A DNA stretch of 64,000 bases, taken from NCBI GenBank assembly GCA_951406725.2, contig OX597815.1, positions 123,938,001 through 124,002,000 on the forward strand, written 5' to 3'. Positions 54,195 to 64,000 of this stretch are shown here, piece after piece; within the stretch, counting starts at the first letter, position 1; each line of letters starts with the position of its first letter. This DNA comes from Octopus vulgaris. Taxonomy: Eukaryota. The notes below the pieces were generated by a model, which was given only the letters and a program-made list of their open reading frames with translations, was not told the origin of the DNA and made no database searches. The position numbers were made by a program, and so were the translations under genes.

Positions 54195-54426
54195 TCTTTA
54201 CTCTTTTACTCTTTTATTTGTTTCAGTCATTTGACTGCGGCCATGCTGGAGCACCGCCTTTAGTCGAACAAATTAACCCCGGAATTTATTCATTGTTAGC
54301 CTAGTACTTATTCCCGCTAGACTACGGGAACGTAGGCAAACCAAAATCGGTTGTCAAGTGATGGTGGGGGAACAAATAGAGACATACAATCATACACACA
54401 CACATAAACACACTCAGACACACACA

Positions 54427-54480
<54 letters not shown>

Positions 54481-54648
54481 GATACATATATACGACAGGC
54501 TTCTTTCAGTTTACTTCTGCCAAATGCACTCATAAGGCTTAGGTCGGCCCGAGGCTATAGCAGAAGACACTTGCCCAAGGTGCCACGCAGTGGTACTGAA
54601 CCCCGAACCATGTGGTTGGTAAGCAAGCTACTTACCACACAGCCACTC
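54195..54648 (-). mobile_element. Family-B SINE
   Basis: Head and tail motifs on the minus strand, with an internal (CA)n. Confidence 0.85.
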
Positions 54649-54921
54649 GATACATACATACGTACATACATGCATACATACATACATACATACATACATA
54701 CATACATACATACATTCATACATACATACATACATACATACATACACATACATACACACACACACACGCACATATATACTGAATGAACCTTATTATCGTA
54801 TTGGATATCATATGCATGAATTTAAAATCGATAAATGGACACCTGGCCTAATGACAAGAAGGAAACTGCATTTATATAGTTTACACAGTAGCGCATCAAC
54901 TACAAATATCTTGTGATTAAT

Positions 54922-54953
<32 letters not shown>

Positions 54954-55025
54954 CATACATACATACATACATACATACATACATACACACATACATACAT
55001 AACCTGTATGTACTATTTATCATCA

Positions 55026-55398
55026 GGCATGGTTGTGTGGCGACAATTTTGCCTCCCAACCTGGGTTCTGGGTTCAGTCCCACTGCGTACCGCCTTGGGC
55101 AAGTGTCTTGTACTGTAGCTTTGGGCCGACCAAAGACTTGTGAGTGGATTTGGTAGGCGGAAACTAAGAAAAGTCAATCATTTATATAAGTATATACTTG
55201 TGTGTGTGTGTGTCTTTTTGCGTTTGTTCCCCGGTCCGTTTAGCAACCGGTATAATTTTGCTAGCGGTTCAAAAAGAGACCGATAGAATTAGTACCAGAC
55301 TTTGAAAGAGTAAGAACTGGAGTCCATTTGTTCGACTAATACCTTCAAGGTGGTGCCTCAACATGGCCGCAGTCTCATGTCCATAACAAGTAGAAAAG
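55026..55398 (+). mobile_element. Family-B SINE
   Basis: ggttgtgtgg...ccttgggcaagtgtc...ccgaccaaag...catggccgcagtc. Confidence 0.8.
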
Positions 55399-55642
55399 CG
55401 TTTATCTTACTCGTTTCAAGGATAATACGCAATTTTCTTATTTTAATAATGTCTGACTTAATTATGTATTTCACATCGTTCCATGTTTGTGTTTGCGACA
55501 AGTTTTGACTTTATGAGTATAGTCAAATTATAAAAATAAAAACGTAGTCAGAGTTTTGTCAAGAAGTCTGTAGCTCTTTTTCTACCATAAATTGATGATT
55601 ACGATACTAACATAATTCAATGCTAATGTAATACTTATAATT

Positions 55643-55861
55643 AAGGCGATGAGCTGGCGGAACCGTTAGCAAGTCGGGTAGAATGCTTAGTAACATTTCA
55701 TCCGTCTTTTACGTTCTGAGTTCAGATTCTTCTGAGGTCGGCTTTGCTTTTCACCCTTTCAGAGTCGATAAAATAAGTATCAGTAGAGCACTGGGGTCGA
55801 TATAATAAACTTACACCCCCCCTCCGAAATTGCTGCCCTTGTGCCAAAACTTGAAATCAAC
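55643..55861 (+). mobile_element. Family-A SINE, full length, with a 15-bp TSD
   Basis: gtaat(a/g)cttataatt at 55628-55642 and 55862-55876. Confidence 0.88.
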
Positions 55862-56313
55862 GTAATGCTTATAATTTAGTCTTATAATGTTTAATATCTT
55901 GTATTGTAAACGTAGCAGTAAATTTATAATTTTTTATTATAAAGGAACCCTTTGCTTCCGAAATCTGCTGCAATCTTCTGCATATCTATCCTACAACATT
56001 TCTTCCTTTTGTTTGTGGTTGGAATGTATATGCATACATAAAAATAGACATATGTTTGGGAGTAAATTTACCTTGTAAGTAAACAGTAAATATCGTCGAG
56101 TTGATATTTAGCGTAGACAGGAACCATATGTTAGCAATATCATTGAGCAATCTTATTTTATGGTATAGTATGTAATACACAGATCGGGGAATACTTTTAT
56201 CTGCAATTCTTATACATTTATACATGCTCAACAAAATTATATTAAGGCCCCATCTCTCTTTAATTCCAGTAAACCATAAATATTGTAGCCGCATCAAATT
56301 TATGATTCTTAAA

Positions 56314-56395
<82 letters not shown>

Positions 56396-56447
56396 AGAGA
56401 CACACACACACAGACACACACACACAGACACACACAGACACACACAG

Positions 56448-56485
<38 letters not shown>

Positions 56486-57226
56486 CACAAACATGTTTTA
56501 GTCATGAGGGAAGGGAGCTGCTCATCAAACTTTGCAGGGCTTCCGACACTTGTAAGAGATAGGGGAGAAGAAATTATCCTCAATGTATAATTAGTAGCAA
56601 CAAAAGCAATATTTGTACCAAAAAGTAATCTCGATCTCCAACTGAACGTGTCAGTGAGGAGCCCATAGCAGGGAAAAAATCATGTAATTTTGCAGTCTCG
56701 GCGGTCTAGCAGATGATTCTTGTCTGTCGAGTGCTTTTATGCCCGGTGAATCCGTACGAGACGTCCTCTCAAAGTAAACATAGACAGTATTCTGTATTGT
56801 AACACAACCTTCACGTTAAGTTGGAGATCAAGATTACCTTTTTCTTCATAGTGATTCGAATACTCGCAACAGAGTATATTCTACTAACAACACCGAAGAT
56901 ACCAGAAGGTGATACTCAATTGAGAGATGGATTAAATCTATACTCTGCCTGTTCACATCAACTACATAAATGATATAAAATAATATAAATATATAAAAAA
57001 AAGCATAATTTATCCTATTGATATTTTCAACTTAGAGTGGAATCATAGATATTTAAAGAACGACCTAGATTTACTTTTAATAAAGATAATGAATTCAAAA
57101 GATAAAGAATAGTCTAGAACGGAGAAGATATTTACAGGGATCTTTTATTGTCGTTAGTTTTTGTTATCAAGTTCAAGCAGATACATAAACCCCATAAAAC
57201 CCTTTTTTGTCATCCTTCTGCTATTA

Positions 57227-57287
57227 CCACTGTCACCGCCCTCCCCACTGTCACCGTCCTCCCCACTGTCACCGCTCTCCCCACTGA
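57227..57287 (+). repeat. 18-bp minisatellite (ccactgtcaccgYYctcc) x ~3.3
   Basis: Directly visible. Confidence 0.85.
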
Positions 57288-57394
57288 CACTTCAAAAACT
57301 TTGTTACGTTCAGGTCATCTGAAGGAGTGTGATATGACATTTAGAACCTTAACCGAATGTAACTCTTATTTACTGATATCTGACAAAGGAGAAT

Positions 57395-57960
57395 AGACGT
57401 AATAGAGTTGAAATAGTGATTTGGGACAGAGAAGAGAAACTGTGTAAAATCGGAAATTAGCTGCCCTGTGGATGTTAACAAAGCTAAAGATCAGTGACGA
57501 AGAAAATACCTACGCTGACCTATTGAGAAATCTACAATTTCTCTACCCAGATTACAAGTTGAAGTTAATAACAGTAATTATTGGGGGACTGGGATATATA
57601 GCACACTGCCTGAGTACCAATCTCGAGAAATTGGGTTTCTTGAAAGGAGAAAACTGATTCGAAGACTACAGATCCAATTCATCACTGAAACTGTAAAAAT
57701 GTATAAAACTTTCCAGAAGTTTATCATTTAAATCTATATGCGCATGTCTAGACATGTAACTATATGCATGAAAATACATACATAAAACAAAACATACAAA
57801 CCTGCACAAGCATTAACTTCAAATACTGCACATGTACACACATACATGCAAAAATACCCTGTTGATGTTGTTAAAATTCCAAAGAAGGAGCCTTGGATCT
57901 ATGTTAGAAACCGGCTCCTCTATGGGCAAGAAATCTTGAAATAAAACTGAATAATGACAT
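57395..57960 (+). mobile_element. 3' end of an RLE-type non-LTR retrotransposon, followed by (TACA)n
   Basis: IVIWDREEKLC..EISCPVD...ENTYADL...VIIGGLG matches the RLE C-terminus pattern. A UTR follows, then (TACA)n. Confidence 0.7.
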
Positions 57961-58126
57961 AAATACATACATACATACATACATACATACATACATACAT
58001 ACATACATACATACATACATACATACATACATACATACATACATACTTGGTCAGTTGCTCATTACTTCGAAGAATAAAAAGGTCACTGAACAAAAATTTT
58101 TGAACAGTAATATTTAATGTAGTCGT

Positions 58127-58434
58127 TGGTTATGTCCCGTCAGAAAGTAACCATTGGTTTCACATCTATTATTGCTCTTAGCAATATGGACGACTCATCA
58201 GACCTGCTGGTACATAACCTCGTTATTGATGGAGGTAAGTAAGCATACAGTTTAGGTCAGCAAGGTTGTGAAAAAAAAATCTGAACAGACCTGAAACATG
58301 ATTATCCGAAGTGAAAACCCCCTTTCGCCCTGAAGAGGCTATATGCCTCAGGGCAGTAGATCTGATGAGTCACTCATTTTGCTAAAAGCAATAATAGGCA
58401 TGAAACCAACGGTAATTTTCTGTACGGCCGTAAC

Positions 58435-58436
<2 letters not shown>
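58127..58436. mobile_element. Head-to-head inverted pair of HHR-bearing segments
   Basis: About 58127-58230 is a diverged reverse complement of ~58335-58436. (TA)n follows. Confidence 0.78.
58354..58422 (+). ncRNA. Type-I hammerhead ribozyme motif (mirror at 58141-58209, minus strand)
   Basis: cagtagat-CTGATGA-gtc...ttgct aaa agcaa...ggcat-GAAA-ccaacg-GTA-attttctg. The mirror copy also keeps CTGATGA and GAAA. Confidence 0.72.
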
Positions 58437-58488
<52 letters not shown>

Positions 58489-58496
58489 TGTATGTA

Positions 58497-58603
<107 letters not shown>

Positions 58604-58750
58604 CCACACACACACACACACATTCTCGCCATTCACCATTGTAGTGAACCAGTGGTTGGCCTGTTTTCGCCCTATTATCAACAGTTTCAAAAAATTCTAA
58701 ATATATAAATGAAACGAGAACTTGGTTTATTTTTTCCCCAGAATATCATC

Positions 58751-59403
58751 ATTACTAACATCCAAAGTGGAGAGCTGGCAGAATCGTCAGCACGCCGGGC
58801 AAAATGCTCAGCGGCATTTCATCCATCTTTACGCTGGGAGTTCAAAGTCCGCCGAGGCTGACATTGCCTTTCATCCTTTCGGGGTCGATAAAATAAGTAC
58901 TAGTTGAACTGTAATCAACTTACCCCTTATCTCAAAATTGCTGGCCTTGGGCCAAAATGTGAAACCAGTATTACTAAACTCTGTAAGGCAGAATCGTTGG
59001 CACGCCAGGCAAAATGTTTAGCGGAATTTCGTCCGTCTTTACGTTGTGAGTTCAAATTCCTTCAAGGTCGACCTTGCCTTTCATCCTTTCGAGGTCGATA
59101 TTGTAAGTACCAGTTGAATACTGGGGCTGATATAATCGACTTAGCCTCTCCTCTGAAATTGCTGGCCTTGTGCCAAAATTTAAAGATAATATTACTAACA
59201 TCCTTTGCCAGACAAAATGCTTAGTGGCATTTCGTCCGTCTTTACGATCTGAGCTGAAATTCCACCGAGTTTGACTTTACCGTTCCTCCTTTTGGGGTCG
59301 ATAAAATAAGAACAAGTCGAGCACTGGGGTCGATGTAGTCAACTACCCCTTCCCCAAAATTGCCGGCCTTGTGCCAAACTTTGAAAGCAGTGTTACTAAC
59401 ATC
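58751..59403 (+). repeat. Three tandem family-A SINE units
   Basis: Three ~200-220-bp units, each delimited by ttactaa(c)atc-like junctions at ~58752, 58971, 59192 and 59393. Confidence 0.8.
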
Positions 59404-60818
59404 TTAAATGCGAATGAAAATGCAATAGAAGACATTCTCCGTGGTCTACGTATAAGTTAGAAGTAAATATTTACACTCTCTCCATGAAAAATAATTTGCT
59501 GTCTATAGTTTAATCCTGTATAGTTTAGCAGGGCCCCATATATGTAAAAAGATATTAGTCTTAGCATGTATCACAAAACTCACTGAATGATGTGGAAGTC
59601 TATTTTCATTGCTATATGTATTAGACGACTTACTGTTACACACACACACACACACGGACACGCGCGCGCGTATACCTACTACTTATAACATAGAATTCTA
59701 TTTTCTATAATTTAGTATTACTTTTTCAAATAGTGATGGCTTCACTCCACCACCTACCTGGTAAATACCATGATTGATACCATCTCTAATTGGTGATGCT
59801 ATCAATAGATTACCAATCTTCCTTTTTGTACCATAGCTCTTATTCGTTAAATGTCTAAATGTCTCAGATGAGAGGTTGTTAGTAAACTGATAATTTTTCG
59901 AGCTCATCATTATAATGTATATTAACAATAACAATATATTTATATTGCTACTACTTTTCCATCAGCTGGATCCTCGAGCGTATACATAGCCCCAGCCTGT
60001 ATTCGACATAGGAACTTTTATTTATAAAGGGCTTTACCACTAACGTTTCGGAGTAAAAGCTTCTAGTTGGAATACAACCTGTTAACATATTCTCGGGTCA
60101 GCCTATGCCTAAGGAGCGAATTTCGGTAGACGAAAATTGTGTGGAATCCTGTCGAATGGATGATTGATACCTGCATTTGTTTTGTTACACAGAGCGCCAG
60201 GTTGATTCCGCCTTAGAATTACGTAGAGTTACACATGTCTGTAGAATGCTCAACCACTCACGTAAAAATTGATTCATGAAGCAGTTTTGTTGAGAGAACA
60301 ACTGAATATTGATTGTTGAAGCCGATAGAGAGTCATTCTTATCTACATAATGTTTCGATTGGTCACTAAGCGTCGTTTTTCGTAATGTGTAGATGTCTTG
60401 CAAACAACTTGCACATGCAAGTGCTACCAGTTAAAAGCTCCGTATACCGGAGAGAATGCGTGCCGTTTCGGGGCCTACCTCTCATAGATTGTATTCAAAC
60501 AGTTCCTTTCTACTAAATTCCACTCTGCTTTTATTCCCAAACGTGAGACTAAAGTCAGGACTTTGCAATTGCAAAACAAACTCATTCGACCATGCAGTAT
60601 CTAATGTAGATATATAAATATTGTAATTACAAATTCTAACGATGTAGAAAATCACAATTTTATTCTTATTTTCTTTCCAATTCCATTCATTTTAAATTTC
60701 AACTCTATTTCTACTTTTCAATAGAATTCTATATTTTTCAATCAACTATTCTACTGCAGTTTATACGTAATAATGTTGAAAGAACCATTATATGTGGTTA
60801 CTCCAAAAATTATTTACA

Positions 60819-61301
60819 CAGGGTGAACATAAATTCAGATACTATTGTATTAAAATGGCTCAATTTATGTTTTTCGATTGTTGGCCGTTAGGAAGAATAC
60901 AGATGAGTGTGTACCGATGTGGTGAACCAAGGAAAGACGTACAATGAAATCAGAAATATATTTGAAAGGCAATTCAACAAAGAAGGAACAATAGATAAGA
61001 TGATACGTAGACTTGGGGAACAAATTTTGTACATAACGAATGAAACGTACTGATGTATGTATGTCTGGGGAGGTTTATACTGTGAGTAAAATCATTAACG
61101 AAAATCTATGTTAACAGATACACGTTAATATTCTAAACATGTCTGGGTACGAAATGCTGAAAGTTAATCGACAAGTTTTATAGGATTACCCAGATAATTA
61201 TTGCTATATGTTCCTCTGTATTCATCCAAAAGACTTGCGAAAGAAAATAAACTGAGTCAGCCAGTTTCATTAAAATAACACCTGACTTTATGTGCACTCT
61301 G
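60819..61301 (+). mobile_element. Internally deleted, old Tc1/mariner-superfamily element
   Basis: cagggtgaacataaattcagat versus acctgactttatgtgcactctg as imperfect TIRs. Confidence 0.55.
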
Positions 61302-61664
61302 TTTAATATCCATTTGTTACTGATGACAACTATTAAGTATTCTGACTATATTTGATTTCTGGAAATAACCCCCGCCTCATAAGCATACAAGTTTTTTAAT
61401 AGCCCAATTATTGAGCAGAATTAACAGACGATGAGTGGGTAGAATCGTAAGAGTTCCAGGAAAATGCTTTACAGTATTTCTGACTCATTACACTCTCAAT
61501 TCAAATCCTAACGGGCGTCAATTTTACTTTTCATCTCTCTGGCGTTCATAAAAAAAATTAGCATCGATGGAATTGTCTAACTCCTTTATCCACAAAACTG
61601 CTTGCCTTCTGACAATTAAAAACTGTTATATAATACTAACGGCAAAAATCAAATTTTAATGACG

Positions 61665-61768
61665 AAGCTACACCCATGACTTCTTGATTTATAAGTGACC
61701 AAGCTACACTCATGCCTTCTTGATTTATAAGTGACCAAGCTACACCCATGACTTCTTGATTTATAAGT
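61665..61768 (+). repeat. 36-bp minisatellite x ~2.9
   Basis: aagctacacccatgacttcttgatttataagtgacc repeated with no spacers. Confidence 0.9.
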
Positions 61769-62677
61769 AGCGTAACATTTGTTTTTTTTTGTATTTGTAT
61801 CTAGAAATTACTGTCGTTCGCTTTCAAGTGGAAACTTTTATACGATACTTCATGACTTGTGGTTTTTGTGGTTGGGTAAACCCATTTAGTTTAAATATCT
61901 TCGCTGCGATATAGCTCTTCGCGGAAAGCTATCTGTTGAATTTACGGAATATATTAACGAAAATTTGGGAAACATGCTTTAAGCTTGAAATGTTGAAGTT
62001 CTGAGTTGAATGTTTTATCACTGAGTTATAAATTAGTGTGTATGATATATATGTCTAAAATCCTAGAATCACATATGGCACTATACGAATCGCTGTAATT
62101 GCTGATACCGAGAATAAGGTCTGCTTCGTAAACCGATGATCTAATGCACTCCGATCGCAACCATTCAGTATTACTTTTTTCGTAGTACTTATAAGGCTAC
62201 ATTAATGTAACTTCCCTATTTTATAGACGGTGGGAGATTGATTTGAGGGATTTTAGCTGCTATTGCTACAAACTACCAAGAGATTCTCTCATTGGCTCAT
62301 GTAACTGAGATACTAATGACACAGAAAGGAACTGAATAAAACAAATTACGTTGGTGTTGGACACTATATAAAGTTGAAAGCAGCGTATTTTACTCCAGCC
62401 GACATCATTTCTGCCTACAAATGTCATTACGGTGAACAGGCATGTGGCAGGCCTTTGTTGAATGGGAAACGCAGGCAGGAAATTTAGTGTTTACCGGAAG
62501 GAACTGAACATTCCACTCGACATTAAAAGGTCCTATCACGTGCCATCCGACAAAACAGCACTATTATGGCGTGATTTCCTTTCCTTTTTTCTGTCTTTAA
62601 CGTCAAAGAATAGTTGTTACGAAAATATTTCCCTGTTACATTGTGCTATTAAATATTTTCCCTCATATACAGTACAT

Positions 62678-62678
<1 letters not shown>

Positions 62679-62721
<43 letters not shown>

Positions 62722-62852
62722 ACACATTTATATTTATATGTGTGTGTGCGTGTGTCTGCGCATACACACACATATGTATGTATATGTGTATGTATGTATA
62801 CACAGACGTATGTATATACACACACACATATATATGTATATATGTATATATG

Positions 62853-62914
<62 letters not shown>

Positions 62915-63007
62915 CATATATATATATATACACGTATATATACATATGTATATGTATATATATATGTGAATGTATACATGTATATATATATACACATATA
63001 CACAGAC

Positions 63008-63101
<94 letters not shown>
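62679..63101. repeat. Compound (CA)n/(TG)n/(TA)n microsatellite
   Basis: Directly visible. Similar tracts occur at ~15380-15660, 36580-37210, 56315-56485 and 58440-58620. Confidence 0.95.
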
Positions 63102-63105
<4 letters not shown>

Positions 63106-63805
63106 AAATATGTGGCAATTATAACTAAAATTCTTTTGTTCGAGATTTGGCTTTTATCATTTTTAGAGATTATTATTATTATTATTATTAAAGGAGGCGG
63201 AAGAGTTTATAACATTAAAACATAGCCGTTGTTATATTTTTTTAGCCCCAGGTCAGATCTGATCAAGAAGACTTCTGATAAAAGGCTTTCCAGCCGGAAC
63301 TAGCTTTTCTTATTCCTACTTACAGTGAACTCGAGATCACATTAACCCTATATGCCACTTCTTTCATAAAACTGTAGGTTGCAAATTGAGGTATATGTAG
63401 CTGCTATTTCTAAGTGGTGTACTGAGCATGCGGAAGTTTTATTATATAATTTATGAATTAGATTTCCTTGTTATAGAGATCGAAATCTGATCATAAATTT
63501 ATAAAAATTTTGAAAGAAGTATATTCTCACCCTCTAAAGCAAACAAAAATTTAAAAAAAGATTGACTATATATGTATCTTTCATTTTAGCATCCAGTTGA
63601 CAGTTCACAGGTAGCCTTCACTCGCGAGCGACTATGGCTTGGTAACATATACCATACTTACACTATTTTAGTTGCTCAGATAGTCAGATGCAGATACAGA
63701 CCTCTACACCCCAACGCAATTTTTGACCCAGCAAAAGATCTAGGATATGATAATCTTTCTCTTCTGAGCATGAAGTACCAACCAGTTGCCTATTTTGCAA
63801 GATAA

Positions 63806-63837
<32 letters not shown>

Positions 63838-64000
63838 ACATGCGCGCGCACACACACACGCACACACACACACACACGCACACGCACACACGCACGCACG
63901 CACGCACGCACATATATATACAAATATAAGATTTATAGGGCTATTATCTACAAATGTACATGTATACAAATATCAGATACATGTAATGCTAAATACATAC

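Noticed and set aside
56619-56843. 31-bp inverted repeat pair
   Set aside because: No TSD, hammerhead core or family assignment could be established.
61665-61768. 36-bp repeats of CRISPR-like length
   Set aside because: The repeats are contiguous with no unique spacers, there are no cas genes, and the context is eukaryotic.

Overview
AT-rich, microsatellite-dense animal DNA. The SINE families and the (TA)n/(CA)n/(TACA)n/(TAA)n load resemble octopus DNA, but this is an inference. No host protein-coding exon could be supported; almost everything recognisable is transposon-derived. Retroelements: a young Penelope-like element (PLE; RT + GIY-YIG) forming a 4.5-kb palindrome (40627-45121), two older PLE relics, a near-intact CR1-type LINE with an unusual Myb/SANT-like + CCCH ORF1, R4/Dong-type, RTE and ORF1-only (HAL1-like) non-LTR elements, and many tRNA-SINEs. 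DNA elements: several mariner/Tc1 copies, a 201-bp-TIR MITE and a Helitron end. The most notable signal is a set of minimal type-I hammerhead-ribozyme (HHR) motifs read by eye. They occur in the autonomous PLE and in at least five unrelated short non-coding elements. Most of these are integrated as head-to-head (tails-out) inverted duplications, usually beside (TA)n tracts, and one shows a circularly permuted ~360-nt monomer. Together they suggest a PLE-driven, retrozyme-like system. All alignments and folds were done by eye, without computation.
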